DNA of 64,000 nucleotides from a bacterium (GCA_050239825.1 JBFXGO010000004.1:4590-68589), one strand, 5' to 3'; positions 1 to 10,422 are shown, counted from the stretch's first letter. Program-made: numbers and translations. Notes: generated by a model not told the origin, from the sequence alone.

Positions 1-691
1 AGTCAGAGAGCTGATTCTTCTTCTTTGATTTTTCTCTGCTTAAGAAATAAACGCCAAGATAGAGAGTCAACATAGAGTAATTATATAATATATCTTCTAC
101 AGGAATAGTCAGAAACCTTGCCCCCAGTATCGCAGATTCACCATATAGAACAACAGGAATTGATGTGAGTATATAGTTGAATATGAAGAAAAGAATCATT
201 GTTGCGGCAATGAAGAGCCAGTAGTAGATTGATGAGATAAGAGCATAGAAGCATCTGACTGACATGAAGAGAGTGAATGCCGTCACAAGAAGCACTGTTG
301 AAGTGTAGGATTTGTCTATAAGGATGAACCCCAAAAGGCACAGTATGCACGACAACACATACAAAAACAATTTCGGCACCTTAACCTTTCTCTCAAATAC
401 AAAATGTCTTATGACCTCGTAGGAGAACATTGTCGCATAGAGAACAACTACAAAAAACAGAATCTCCTCCAGAGGAAGGCTGAAGATCCTTAAACTTCCC
501 ACATAAAGTTCATTGAAACTCCAGTCGCCCCGGGACGCGGCAACAGAGTCCCACACTATGAAAGGAATTCCGACTGAGATGAAAGTTATAAGAAGAGACA
601 AATACTGCGTATAAAATTTTATCTGCTTCTCAAATGACAGAAGAAGAGGAAAAATAATAATAAGAGAGTCTATCAGAAGATATCTGCTCAT
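1..691 (-). CDS. Lycopene cyclase domain protein (CrtYcd-like), 3' end runs off window start
   Basis: Reverse-strand frame open from ATG at 689-691 to position 1, so it is missing from the ORF track. The translation MSRYLLIDSLIIIFPLL... is a polytopic membrane protein with two copies of the PxEE(I/D)LFF motif (LPLEEILFF, IPVEDILYN) typical of the lycopene cyclase domain. Its ATGA start/stop overlaps the next gene. Confidence 0.6.
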   Translation of the reverse strand, partial: MSRYLLIDSLIIIFPLLLSFEKQIKFYTQYLSLLITFISVGIPFIVWDSVAASRGDWSFNELYVGSLRIFSLPLEEILFFVVVLYATMFSYEVIRHFVFERKVKVPKLFLYVLSCILCLLGFILIDKSYTSTVLLVTAFTLFMSVRCFYALISSIYYWLFIAATMILFFIFNYILTSIPVVLYGESAILGARFLTIPVEDILYNYSMLTLYLGVYFLSREKSKKKNQLSD

Positions 692-1254
692 TCGGACGCC
701 TTTTTCAGCAATGCCTTTGTCTTTTTATCAATTCTATCCGTGGATACAATGAAACTTATCATATCTGTCTGTATCTTTTTAGGAACGAAAGAATAATCTT
801 TTTTCAACAGAAATTCAGAAACATACTCCGAGTCTTCTCTTCGTCTCTCTTTAACATTGAAAAAATCAGGAAGAAAATGGTAAAAAGAGAATCTGAGGAA
901 ACGAATTTCAAAACACTCCGGGAACAAAGATACGGCTGATTCAATTTTTGATATTCCCTGATTGACATATTTGACTTTGTTATATACATTTGCATCATAT
1001 TTTTCCTTCAACCCTATGAGGCATGCATAGTAAGAAAGAATTATCGGATTGTATTTTTTTGTATCCGAAGAGTATCGGCTTTTTATATAATTCAAAAGAG
1101 ATTCAACGCTGTCGGGCGTTTCTACCGCAACATAATAACTCTCCCTGATGTGCGAAAGGGCTGTTGTATCAATATTTGTTTTATAGGGAGAAGATTCGCC
1201 TGCGGCTGTAAACAGAGACAGAAGAAATGAAATTAAAATGAAAATTCTTTTCAT
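688..1254 (-). CDS. Secreted hypothetical protein (signal peptide)
   Basis: 188 aa with an N-terminal hydrophobic signal-like segment MKRIFILISFLLSLFTAAG. No recognisable domain. Embedded between crtB and the cyclase-domain gene. Confidence 0.45.
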   Translation of the reverse strand: MKRIFILISFLLSLFTAAGESSPYKTNIDTTALSHIRESYYVAVETPDSVESLLNYIKSRYSSDTKKYNPIILSYYACLIGLKEKYDANVYNKVKYVNQGISKIESAVSLFPECFEIRFLRFSFYHFLPDFFNVKERRREDSEYVSEFLLKKDYSFVPKKIQTDMISFIVSTDRIDKKTKALLKKASE

Positions 1255-2105
1255 CAGTAAATATCTATGACATTAAGAAATGTGCGGAACAGTATTCTGA
1301 ATATCGAAGGTTTTACCTTTTTTCTGTAAATGATAAAGGGGTCCTTGTAAATCTCTTCCGCTGTGTATTTGTACATATCAGAAGCGGTTCTTATAGGGAC
1401 CAGAAGAAACTTAGGAATATATGAGAATCCGGACTCTCCCATTCTCTGCCATTCAAAATACCTTTTGATTTCATCTCTCATCATCTCGATGAATTCCTTT
1501 TTCTTTGTCTTTGCCTCTGAAAGCTCAAGGGATTTTAAATTGTATCTGTTCAGTATCTCTTTTGGTATGTAATGTCTTCCTAGAGCGAGGTCTTCCTTGA
1601 TGTCCCTGAGGAAATTGATATACTGCATCGCTCTTCCGAGCATTTTTGCAGATTTTTCATGTCCCTCTTTCAAACACAGAAGCCTGCCCATCATCAGACC
1701 GATTACTTCAGCGGATCCGTACATATAAAGAATTGCTTCATCCATACTGTCGTATGAATGTTTATTTATATCAGATTCCATTGACTCAAGAAACGAATCA
1801 ACCCACTCCTTCTTTATGTCTATTCTTTTCATCATCAAAACAAATGATTCAATCACAACATCATCAACAGTTTTTCCGGAATACCTCTCCTCGTATTTTC
1901 TCTTGAATGAATAGAAGCCTTCTTTGTCCTGAGGCACGGCATCCACAAGATTATCCGCTTTTCTGACAAACGAATAGAGAATGAAGACATTATTCCTTAT
2001 TTTTGAAGGAAAAAATATTGATGAGTAGAAATAGGTGCGCGACCCCTTTTTGAACAAATCGTAAATCTGGGAATCAACCATATATCCTCGCGATGTAATC
2101 GACAA
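1254..2105 (-). CDS. crtB: Phytoene/squalene synthase family (CrtB-like)
   Basis: 283 aa with the trans-isoprenyl diphosphate synthase head-to-head fold: YxxGSAEVIGLMMGRLL and LGRAMQYINFLRDIKEDLALGRHYIP. The stop overlaps the next gene's start. Confidence 0.8.
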   Translation of the reverse strand: MSITSRGYMVDSQIYDLFKKGSRTYFYSSIFFPSKIRNNVFILYSFVRKADNLVDAVPQDKEGFYSFKRKYEERYSGKTVDDVVIESFVLMMKRIDIKKEWVDSFLESMESDINKHSYDSMDEAILYMYGSAEVIGLMMGRLLCLKEGHEKSAKMLGRAMQYINFLRDIKEDLALGRHYIPKEILNRYNLKSLELSEAKTKKKEFIEMMRDEIKRYFEWQRMGESGFSYIPKFLLVPIRTASDMYKYTAEEIYKDPFIIYRKKVKPSIFRILFRTFLNVIDIY

Positions 2106-2790
2106 GAACTTTGCTTGAAATTGTCACCATAGGTATTCCTATGCCGGGATGCGTGTAATGACCGGTATAGAAGTGGTTGTCAACCTTTTTGCTTTTGTAT
2201 GGCAAACGGAATATGGCGGTCTGCATAAGCGCGTGTGACAGACCGAGCGCTGTGCCTTTGTATGAATTGTATTCTCTCTTGAAATCGTTTATTGAAAAAA
2301 TCTCTTTTATCCTGATATGTTTCTCAAAATCAAATTTCATGGTCTTTGACATGTGTTTTATGATTTTTTCTGAGTACTCCTTCCGTATTGAATCATTATC
2401 CTCTATTCCAGATGCTATCGGCACAAGTACAAATACATTTTCACAACCTTCCGGCGCAGTGCTGTCTGTTTTGGAAGTTGCTGAAACATAGTATGATGGA
2501 TTCTCAGGCATTGAAGGATTTCTGAAAATAGTATCAAAATAATCCTTCCAGTTCTCTGCAAGATAAAGATTATGATGTAATATCGTATCGACTTTCTTGT
2601 CGGTGCCTATGTAAAGCAGAAAAGCAGAGGGTCCCATATCAAATGTAAATCCGTCTTTTTTTAAAAGCTGGGAGCGGCCTCCGGTTTGGCTGTTCTTATC
2701 TATAACCTTGACAGAGTATCCTCTCTTTGCGGCAAGTGCGGCGGCTGAAAGCCCTCCATAATCTGCTCCGATTATTATTCTTTTTTTCAT
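2074..2790 (-). CDS. Phytoene desaturase (CrtI)-like, internally truncated (238 aa vs ~490 aa)
   Basis: The N-terminal FAD-binding motif MKKRIIIGADYGGLSAAALAAKRGYSVKVIDKNSQTGGR...GFTFDMGP joins directly to the CrtI C-terminal region (NPSYYVSATSKTDSTAPEGC...YTGHYTHPGIGIPMV). The roughly 250-aa central substrate-binding domain is absent, yet the frame stays open. Confidence 0.6.
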   Translation of the reverse strand: MKKRIIIGADYGGLSAAALAAKRGYSVKVIDKNSQTGGRSQLLKKDGFTFDMGPSAFLLYIGTDKKVDTILHHNLYLAENWKDYFDTIFRNPSMPENPSYYVSATSKTDSTAPEGCENVFVLVPIASGIEDNDSIRKEYSEKIIKHMSKTMKFDFEKHIRIKEIFSINDFKREYNSYKGTALGLSHALMQTAIFRLPYKSKKVDNHFYTGHYTHPGIGIPMVTISSKVLVDYIARIYG

Positions 2791-2810
2791 GTCTCATCTC
2801 CCTTATGCAG

Positions 2811-3266
2811 TCATTTTTTTCCGAGTTGTATAAGCTCAACATTTGCCTGTCTGAGTATCTCTTCTGCATTCTTATCCGGATAACCATCTTTGATGTATAT
2901 TCTCTTAATTCCTGAATTTATTATCATCTTGGCGCATATGAAGCATGGCTGGTTTGTCACATACATGTCCGCTCCTTCAATATTTATTCCCAGCTTTGCC
3001 GCCTGAATTATTGCATTTTGCTCCGCATGCACCGCTCTTGACAGCTCCATTCTCTCTCCGGAAGGAACATTAAGCTTCTCCCTCATGCATCCTCCAATCT
3101 CATCGCAGTGAGGAGTCCCTTTGGGAGGCCCATTGTATCCCGTCGAAAGAATATGTCTGTCCTTTACAATTATGGCTCCAACCTTTCGTCTGAGACATGT
3201 GGCTCTTGTCGAAACAAGCAATGCTATCTCCATGAAGTATTCTTCCCAAGAGGGTCTAGTCGCCAT
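2811..3266 (-). CDS. dCMP deaminase (cytidine/deoxycytidylate deaminase family)
   Basis: 151 aa with zinc-binding motifs HAEQNAI and PCFICAKMI. Confidence 0.85.
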   Translation of the reverse strand: MATRPSWEEYFMEIALLVSTRATCLRRKVGAIIVKDRHILSTGYNGPPKGTPHCDEIGGCMREKLNVPSGERMELSRAVHAEQNAIIQAAKLGINIEGADMYVTNQPCFICAKMIINSGIKRIYIKDGYPDKNAEEILRQANVELIQLGKK

Positions 3267-4146
3267 TTCTCTCTCCTTGTACTTTTAAAATTAACTCATA
3301 AATATCAATCAAACCGCTGTTTTTACAGGCGTCTTCCAATGCTGAATCGGAGAATATTTCAAGATACTTCTCTGTTTCATAATTTAGCATCAGTCTATGG
3401 TTCGTAGAAAAACCGCTGTGGAATGAACCTACACGCATCAGTTTTGAGGTATCGGCTGAAATAGTATAATACCTGACAAGATTTATTTTATCTCTCTCAT
3501 CTGCTTTTTCAGAGAGTACTGAATCCGGAGAAAAGGCAATTTTTGCCATTAGATTTACAATCTTTTCATCCACAGATGCATTATTCCTTTTTAAAAGCTG
3601 TGTGAAAAATCTTTTGCCGAGCTTGGTTTGATTGAAATTATCCTTATCTGCCATTTCAGTTAAAGCAGTTAGAGCCTGTACTATAACATAATCTGAAGCA
3701 TCCTTTGATTCCGTTATCCTCACTATTTCATCAAAGTCGTATTCCCAGCCTCGGTTTGACGCCATTCTTATGAATGAAACATACTGACTGCTCTTAAGAG
3801 GTTTTTCATAGTCAGTGAAAAAGCACAAAGATTCCTTTTCGAAAATTCTGAATCCATAGTATGCATCAATATTTTTTTCTTTAAGAACTTGCTTAAGAAT
3901 TTGTTTATCATGAATTTTTGAAAGAACTCTGATTCCGACTGCCCTCTTGACCCAATCATCAGATTTCAGCCAATCGGTTAAAAGGTTTGTTGTTTCAATT
4001 TTGTATTCATTTACAAGAATAGAATCAGAGTAAATTTGAATTGAATCTTCATATATACCAAGCTTGCCTACAAGTTCGGTGAAACTCTCCGCGGAGATTA
4101 AGGCGAAGATTGCAATAAATATCGCAGATAAATTAATCTTTGTCAA
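3256..4146 (-). CDS. Secreted hypothetical protein
   Basis: 296 aa with an N-terminal signal-like segment and no recognisable catalytic motif. Confidence 0.45.
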   Translation of the reverse strand: MTKINLSAIFIAIFALISAESFTELVGKLGIYEDSIQIYSDSILVNEYKIETTNLLTDWLKSDDWVKRAVGIRVLSKIHDKQILKQVLKEKNIDAYYGFRIFEKESLCFFTDYEKPLKSSQYVSFIRMASNRGWEYDFDEIVRITESKDASDYVIVQALTALTEMADKDNFNQTKLGKRFFTQLLKRNNASVDEKIVNLMAKIAFSPDSVLSEKADERDKINLVRYYTISADTSKLMRVGSFHSGFSTNHRLMLNYETEKYLEIFSDSALEDACKNSGLIDIYELILKVQGERNGD

Positions 4147-5707
4147 TCAGAACCCCCATCTTTGTCTTTACTTCAGATTTTGCCTCAGCTCTGTTGAATG
4201 AATCAATACCCCTCATGTCGAAGAGCATTCCGTAGGAAAAGGTTCCCCTGTCCGGATTTGCCCACCCCTGACAATCTTCCTTATCGGTCCTGTATATATC
4301 ATCTCCGGCAAAATCAATCAAAACCCCAGCGCCGTTTGCATTGCCCGCACCCTGAGAGAGCCAATTGCTGTAATAGAGGTCATCACCCGAATAATCTGAG
4401 AGCATGCCGAATGAGAAATCATGTCCGCATCCCTGTGATACACCCCATGAATGGTAGAGGTCTCTGCCTTCCCTGTCGAAGAGAAGACCCACTGTAAAGT
4501 GCGTTCCGGCTCCCTGCGAATACCTTCTGCTCCTGTAAATGTCATTGCCGCGCGTGTCGTAAAGTATTCCAAGTCCATGCCAGTACGACGAACCCTGCAC
4601 AAAATATTCTCCGGAGTAGATATCATCACCGCAGTCGTCAACTATCATTCCAACTCCGCCGGATGCAATGTCCCTCACTCCATAGCCGAAGCCCTGCGAA
4701 AGATGACTGTGGTACCCCTCTTCTCTATGGTCATTCATGCCGAGAACTGAAAGATATGAATCATTTCCTTTGATGTCATAAATTATACCCGCTCCTTTTG
4801 TGAAGCCAAAGCCCTGCGATAATCCATTTGAAATGTACTCGTCATTACCTCCCCTGTCAAGAACAAATCCCAATCCATTGAAACCGGCCCCGATTGAGCA
4901 GTAAGATGAAGAGTATCTGTCATTGCCATCCCTGTCATCTATAAACCCTGCTCCATTTATTCCGCACCCGATGTCATATCCCTTTCCCTGATACTCGTCA
5001 TTGCCGGACAGATCGACAATCCCTGACAATCCGCCGTTTCCGCCTGCAAGAGAGTGCTCTTCAAAAGCCATGTAAACATCATCGCCCCCCAAATCAATTA
5101 TCAGTTTATTTCCTTTGTACAGATGATATGTATCGGCATCTGACGACCCGATTATGATATCAAAATAATCTTTGTATTCATCTTTAAGTTTCATGCAAAG
5201 AGATAATATGGAGGAATCATCAAGAGATATTATATAATCAATTGCTTCAAGCATCGAATAGAAGAGTTTTTCTTCGGCGCTCTCTCTTGACGCGGCGTTT
5301 AGAAAGAATCTAACCTGAGAATAGTAGGCGGAATCCGAAATCAAAGTATCCGAGAGGAAATTCATGCTGTTAAATGCTTCTTTTGTCTTTAAAAAGCTGA
5401 AATCAGGTTTTGAAATCTTCTTCTTTGAAGTTTCTCTCTTATCTGCATACTTATAGAATCTGCCGGAATGCAATTCTCTTATTTTTGATAACAAAATTTC
5501 GGTTTCAAATTCCGACTTCTCCGGATTCGCCAACAGAAAACTGCAAAGAGCCATAGAGTATGCATCCTGTTCAAAACTTCTCATATCCACCCCAATGTCA
5601 TTTGTTTTCAGACACATGTACGAAAATCCCTCTATCAATGCTTTTTCATTGGCATAAGAGAAGAGAAATGCCAGAAACAGAAAGATAAAACTAATTTTCC
5701 TCATCAA
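4133..5707 (-). CDS. Secreted beta-solenoid-like repeat protein (about 10 degenerate 23-24-aa GNDxY...SQGxG repeats)
   Basis: 524 aa with a signal peptide. The C-terminal 300 aa is built from tandem units such as DLSGNDEYQGKGYDIGCGINGAGFIDDRDGNDRYSSSYCSIGAGFNGLGFVLDRGGNDEY. Confidence 0.55.
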   Translation of the reverse strand: MMRKISFIFLFLAFLFSYANEKALIEGFSYMCLKTNDIGVDMRSFEQDAYSMALCSFLLANPEKSEFETEILLSKIRELHSGRFYKYADKRETSKKKISKPDFSFLKTKEAFNSMNFLSDTLISDSAYYSQVRFFLNAASRESAEEKLFYSMLEAIDYIISLDDSSILSLCMKLKDEYKDYFDIIIGSSDADTYHLYKGNKLIIDLGGDDVYMAFEEHSLAGGNGGLSGIVDLSGNDEYQGKGYDIGCGINGAGFIDDRDGNDRYSSSYCSIGAGFNGLGFVLDRGGNDEYISNGLSQGFGFTKGAGIIYDIKGNDSYLSVLGMNDHREEGYHSHLSQGFGYGVRDIASGGVGMIVDDCGDDIYSGEYFVQGSSYWHGLGILYDTRGNDIYRSRRYSQGAGTHFTVGLLFDREGRDLYHSWGVSQGCGHDFSFGMLSDYSGDDLYYSNWLSQGAGNANGAGVLIDFAGDDIYRTDKEDCQGWANPDRGTFSYGMLFDMRGIDSFNRAEAKSEVKTKMGVLIDKD

Positions 5708-5942
5708 GCAACTCCTCCACCCTCTTGATATCAGGCATCCCTATGAAGGCTACTTCATCGTTTATAATAGTCACAGGCACCGAGGAGACTTCAAACTCAT
5801 CCATAAGGTTCATCCCTTTGTCGCTGTCGACATCTATTATTTCAAGCTCCACAGGAATCTTTCTGACCGTATATTTCCAGAATTTTTCGACCTCTTTGCA
5901 TTCATGAGACCATCTGCCGACAAGAACTATTATTTTCATCAA
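5691..5942 (-). CDS. Small thioredoxin/glutaredoxin-fold protein (monothiol SxxC)
   Basis: 83 aa. IIVLVGRWSHECKEV carries the redox motif in the usual thioredoxin-fold position, but the first Cys is replaced by Ser. Confidence 0.45.
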   Translation of the reverse strand: MMKIIVLVGRWSHECKEVEKFWKYTVRKIPVELEIIDVDSDKGMNLMDEFEVSSVPVTIINDEVAFIGMPDIKRVEELLDEEN

Positions 5943-5945
5943 GTA

Positions 5946-6962
5946 TTACTCCAGTTCGATAGTATTCATTACTGTTTTTGTCTCCATGAGCTTGAAATAT
6001 TTTCTCTCTCCCGGGAGAAAAATATGTCCGTCGAGAAAGTAAAGCTTTCCGTTGGCTTTAATCAGATACATGATGAACGGACCGCCATACTGATTTTTAT
6101 CGTTCGCATAGGTTCCTTTTATTTCCAGAGCGGGATATCCCTTGAATGATGTCTCGCTCTTTTCAAGTTTGACAAACTGCGTATCTATTCTGTCTCCTTC
6201 AAAATGTTTCTTTCCTATCAAATCGCGCATCTCTGTCATCCACTGAAATCTGAAATTGGATGTGTCGTTAAAAGTCATCATTGTGACTATTCTGTCGGGG
6301 TATCGGGCTATTATGGAATAACAGTTGAGGTTCTTGTCGAAAAATGCCGTTTGATAATCGGACGGGGCTTTTATCCTGATACCTGTTTTTTCATAAATCT
6401 CTGTGCTAAGTCTCTTGTTTTCTCCCGCAAAATAAACCATCATGTCAAGAGAACGGGCGGTGTTATCCATGAAGAATTTGCTTATAAGCTCTTTGCGTTT
6501 TTTTATTGCATTATTCAGCTCATCCTCTGAGACACCTGCAATTATGAAAATATTCTGCCCTTTTGCAAATCCGTCAAAGATTGTGAAGAAGAGAGCTCCC
6601 TCCTCTTTTATCTGTTTCAGATCCTCCTGTGAAAGAAATGAATTGATTATCTGCGAATACTCATCGTTTCTGTTGATGTTTGTGATAAAGATTATGTTTT
6701 TCTCCCTCTTGTAAATATAAAGTTTATCAAGAGAGACAAAGACAGTGTAAAAGACCGATTCCCTTGCAGGCATCGTCACTTCCATGGTAAGTGCATCAAG
6801 AAGATTTTTTTCAACAGATGAATAGACAGTGTTTGATGCGCATATTGCTATCTCCTCGATTTTGCCTATGGCAGACTCCTTCATCTTTGATTTTGTGCAT
6901 GAGGAAAATACAAAAGGAATAAGAAATATCAAAACAAAAAAAGCATCAATCGATCTCTTCAC
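5946..6962 (-). CDS. Lipoprotein, hypothetical (downstream of recG)
   Basis: 338 aa. The signal peptide ends in a lipobox-like FSSC. No enzymatic motifs. Confidence 0.5.
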   Translation of the reverse strand: MKRSIDAFFVLIFLIPFVFSSCTKSKMKESAIGKIEEIAICASNTVYSSVEKNLLDALTMEVTMPARESVFYTVFVSLDKLYIYKREKNIIFITNINRNDEYSQIINSFLSQEDLKQIKEEGALFFTIFDGFAKGQNIFIIAGVSEDELNNAIKKRKELISKFFMDNTARSLDMMVYFAGENKRLSTEIYEKTGIRIKAPSDYQTAFFDKNLNCYSIIARYPDRIVTMMTFNDTSNFRFQWMTEMRDLIGKKHFEGDRIDTQFVKLEKSETSFKGYPALEIKGTYANDKNQYGGPFIMYLIKANGKLYFLDGHIFLPGERKYFKLMETKTVMNTIELE

Positions 6963-8994
6963 TGTTTCTCCTTGTTAAATTGATTTTAACACATCTGTTA
7001 TCCTCTTTCAACAGGTTTTTATCTGAGGACATCAAAGAAGACGCGTCTGAAAATGCAACTTTCATAAGCTGGAAATCATCAAACCAATCTGCATACTTGA
7101 ATCTGGGTATTCCGCTCTGCATGCTCCCCCATGCCTCTCCCATGCCCCTCATCCTCAAATCCATCTCAGCAATTTCAAATCCGTCATTTGTTTTGGCTAT
7201 TGTTTTAAGTCTCACTATTCCGTCTTCGCTCACCTTGTCGCCTGATACAAGGAAACAATATGATTGCTTCTCTCCTCTGCCCACTCTTCCCCGTAGCTGA
7301 TGAAGCTGTGAGAGTCCAAACCTTTCCGCAGACAAAATAACCATAACAGTCGCGTTTGTGACATCTATGCCGACTTCAATGACGGTTGTTCCTACAAGCA
7401 CATCAATTTCACCCCTGTTTAGCATCTCCATAACATCAGTCTTCTCTTCCTGAGAGAGTCGCGAGTGTATTTTTCCGACTCTTGCCCTTAAAAGGTATTT
7501 CTTCTTGACCTCTTCATACACTCTCTCTACGGATTTCATATCAGCCTCTCCGCCGATGTCAATAGCCGGACAAACAATGAAACAGCTCTCTTTGGCGTCA
7601 ATTCTCTTTTCTATAAACTGGTACATCTTCATCTGGGCTTTATTGGAGACCCATTTTGTCTTAATGGTTTTTTGCTGTTTCGGTTTCTCTTTTATCTCCG
7701 TAATATCCATCTCTCCGTAAACTGCAAGAGAGAGTGAGCGTGGAATCGGCGTGGCTGTCATCACAAGATAGTCCGCAACAATGCCCTTGTTTCTCAGTTT
7801 CGACCTGTGAACCACTCCGAATCTGTGCTGTTCGTCTATTATTACCAGTTTTAAATCTTTGAAGCGCACTTCATCCTCTATCAGAGCATGAGTTCCAATA
7901 ACTACATCGACATCCCCTCTCTCGATATCCAAGAGCCCTCTGTCTCTCTCTTTAACGGATGATGTGACAAGTCTGATTCTGACTTTCAATTGTGAAAAAA
8001 GTTTTGAAAGAACTGAAAAATGCTGCTGCGCAAGTATCTCGGTCGGAGCCATGAGGACAGACTGATATCCGCTCTCAACTGCAGTCAGCATAGCCATTGC
8101 CGCAATAAGAGTCTTTCCTGATCCCACATCTCCCATTAAAAGCCTATTCATAGGCACTCTGCTTTGCATGTCTCTCTTAATCATTTGAAATGCGTTCTTC
8201 TGGTCATCGGTCAATGTAAAACTCAAGCCCTCAAGAAGTTTTTTCACAAGGAGAGATTCGGCGACATAGTTGAAATCTCCGATGATATTGTTTTTTTCCT
8301 TCCTTACTGCCACCTTCATTCCTGCGTAGAAGAGCTCCGAGTACTTCATTCTTTCAAGAGCTTTCTCCACTTCTTCGCTCTTAGAAGGATAGTGCATTGC
8401 TCTGACTGCATCAGAAATTTTCATCAATCCTCTTTTTAAAATAAGTTCGGAAGGAATATCCTCTTCTATATTTGCGGAATATGAATCAACAGACCACTTG
8501 ATAACTTTCCTCAGCCATCTCTGCGACATATCTTTTGTCAAATGGTAAACAGGCACAATTCTGCCTGTATGAATGAGTTCAACATCCTCTTCGGGAAATT
8601 TCTCATACTCAGGATGCAGCATCTCCATCAGCGCCCGTCTGATGGAGACCTTTCCGCTGAGAACGATAATATCTCCCTGCTTTATTGCTCCGTTGAGATA
8701 CGGATTGTTGAACCACTTTGCAGTCACATATCCGCTCTCAGTCTTGATTACGGCAGTAAAGAGCGTTTTTCTGCTTCTAAGAAAAGTCATGCCTGATTGC
8801 AGAACCTCTCCCACCAATGTCAGGTATTCCCCGTCTCTGACCTCCCTCTTTTTAGTCAGTTCTCTGTTAACATACTTGAACGGGGGATAGGTCATAAGGT
8901 CATATATCGTGCTTATGCCAATCTTTGAAAGCAGTTCTGCCATTTTTGGACCTACGCCTTTGGCAAACTGCACTGAATCAAACATTGATGTCAT
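6946..8994 (-). CDS. recG: ATP-dependent DNA helicase RecG
   Basis: 682 aa with Walker A LMGDVGSGKT and DEQH box IIDEQHRFGV, plus the wedge-domain N-terminus typical of RecG. Confidence 0.9.
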   Translation of the reverse strand: MTSMFDSVQFAKGVGPKMAELLSKIGISTIYDLMTYPPFKYVNRELTKKREVRDGEYLTLVGEVLQSGMTFLRSRKTLFTAVIKTESGYVTAKWFNNPYLNGAIKQGDIIVLSGKVSIRRALMEMLHPEYEKFPEEDVELIHTGRIVPVYHLTKDMSQRWLRKVIKWSVDSYSANIEEDIPSELILKRGLMKISDAVRAMHYPSKSEEVEKALERMKYSELFYAGMKVAVRKEKNNIIGDFNYVAESLLVKKLLEGLSFTLTDDQKNAFQMIKRDMQSRVPMNRLLMGDVGSGKTLIAAMAMLTAVESGYQSVLMAPTEILAQQHFSVLSKLFSQLKVRIRLVTSSVKERDRGLLDIERGDVDVVIGTHALIEDEVRFKDLKLVIIDEQHRFGVVHRSKLRNKGIVADYLVMTATPIPRSLSLAVYGEMDITEIKEKPKQQKTIKTKWVSNKAQMKMYQFIEKRIDAKESCFIVCPAIDIGGEADMKSVERVYEEVKKKYLLRARVGKIHSRLSQEEKTDVMEMLNRGEIDVLVGTTVIEVGIDVTNATVMVILSAERFGLSQLHQLRGRVGRGEKQSYCFLVSGDKVSEDGIVRLKTIAKTNDGFEIAEMDLRMRGMGEAWGSMQSGIPRFKYADWFDDFQLMKVAFSDASSLMSSDKNLLKEDNRCVKINLTRRNSEEID

Positions 8995-9554
8995 TTTGTC
9001 TCTCTCATGAGAAGAATGTTCTGTGACTTGAAGCCGAGAATCCTGTAAATCCCAAATATGTCGGGAATCTGAATTGTTATCTTATAAAGATTGTAATCTT
9101 TGTCAAATGCCACCATTGATGTATCCTCTCTTCCATCCCTGATGCTCACATTATAAATGAAGATTGTCTCCTCAACCATATTCATATAACCCTTTGATTC
9201 TATTCTTCTTTTGTACCCTAGTCCCGTCTCAGTTCCGCTGTAAAACCAGGAGGTCTTCTCTGCAAAGGGAAGAACCATCCTTATTCTGCGCGGTGAGTAT
9301 GTCAGGTTGGCGCTTATGAGTCCGATTTTAATGAACCGCTTTCTAAGATAGAATGTGTCATTTATGATGGTGAAATCCTCAGAGTATGTGAGATTCTTAT
9401 CCTGCGCCTTTATTGAAAACTCAGATGGTCTGCTCAGCACAACAATATCAAACACCTTTCCGCTTTCCGCCTCTTTCATTTTGAAACTATCAATCCCCAT
9501 GGGAAGACTTCCGATATTCGTGAGATAAAATGAAAGAATTAATAGTTGCAACAT
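8991..9554 (-). CDS. Hypothetical protein (possible LolA-like/lipoprotein)
   Basis: 187 aa, N-terminal hydrophobic segment. Stop/start overlap with recG. Confidence 0.4.
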   Translation of the reverse strand: MLQLLILSFYLTNIGSLPMGIDSFKMKEAESGKVFDIVVLSRPSEFSIKAQDKNLTYSEDFTIINDTFYLRKRFIKIGLISANLTYSPRRIRMVLPFAEKTSWFYSGTETGLGYKRRIESKGYMNMVEETIFIYNVSIRDGREDTSMVAFDKDYNLYKITIQIPDIFGIYRILGFKSQNILLMRETK

Positions 9555-9659
9555 ATAAATATTTTACAAGACAACAGGCAAATGTCAAGCATGTAACAGC
9601 GACCTTTTGAAAACAATAAATCTGTCATGATGCAAATTGAAATGCGCAACTCCCTGCTA

Positions 9660-9688
9660 TTGACTTTTTTGCGATTATCCATATAATA
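9660..9688 (+). promoter_or_regulatory. Sigma-70-like promoter (TTGACT-17-ATAATA) for the lipoprotein gene
   Basis: TTGACT at 9660-9665, a 17-nt spacer, ATAATA at 9683-9688, about 30 nt upstream of AGGAGG plus the GTG start. Confidence 0.35.
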
Positions 9689-9717
9689 CGCTGAAAAATA
9701 AAAATAGGAGGTTTTTA

Positions 9718-10401
9718 GTGAAAAGGTTTCTATTAACATTGACTGTCTTTTTGGTCATATTCTCATTCGGATGCTCCAAGAAAGCCGCATCCATTGACGG
9801 AGATTATACTTACAAGGCAGATTTTTCAACAAAGAGGATGTTCAAGGATGTTCTCAATGTTAACGACGGAGACACAACATTTGTTTCAGGAAATGTAAAT
9901 CTCGTTTGGAAGACAAAGGACGAGGTCAAAGGCAACATGATTACAATTGAAAGCTCATTTGGCGATGACACTACATGGTCGGATGCAAAGGGACTTGAGG
10001 TTCAGACCTCAGGCAGTTATTCAGAGGAGCTTAAAGAGGCAGGAGTATATTCATACAAACTCTCTCTTGACAACACTTTGATGCACACATACAAAATAAG
10101 TGTTCCTGCAATAACAATACTCTCTCCAGTTCCTTCGGATACTACTCTTAATGGAAAAGAGACAAACATTGAGTTTAACAGAGTTGACAAGGCAGAGAAG
10201 TATCTTGTATTTGTAAGAGGTTACAAGGGAGATTCCATCTGGGCAGTTGAGACATCCGATTCACAGATAAAATATGCAGGCGCGCCTCTTGAATACGGAA
10301 TGGTCTATTCGGTGACAGTATCAACCACCATTCTCTGTGATTCATTGAACAGCGTCGGCGTTTCATCCACAAATCAGTTTGTTATAAAGAAAGCTGAATA
10401 A
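9718..10401 (+). CDS. Lipoprotein, hypothetical (GTG start)
   Basis: 227 aa. The signal peptide has lipobox FSFGC. AGGAGG lies 7 nt upstream of the GTG. Confidence 0.55.
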   Translation: MKRFLLTLTVFLVIFSFGCSKKAASIDGDYTYKADFSTKRMFKDVLNVNDGDTTFVSGNVNLVWKTKDEVKGNMITIESSFGDDTTWSDAKGLEVQTSGSYSEELKEAGVYSYKLSLDNTLMHTYKISVPAITILSPVPSDTTLNGKETNIEFNRVDKAEKYLVFVRGYKGDSIWAVETSDSQIKYAGAPLEYGMVYSVTVSTTILCDSLNSVGVSSTNQFVIKKAE

Positions 10402-10422
10402 ATTACCGAAATTTTCCGGATA

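Noticed and set aside
138-350. 70-aa minus-strand ORF near the window start
   Set aside because: It lies in a different frame inside the longer lycopene-cyclase-domain reading frame that runs from 691 to the window edge, and its composition is not protein-like.
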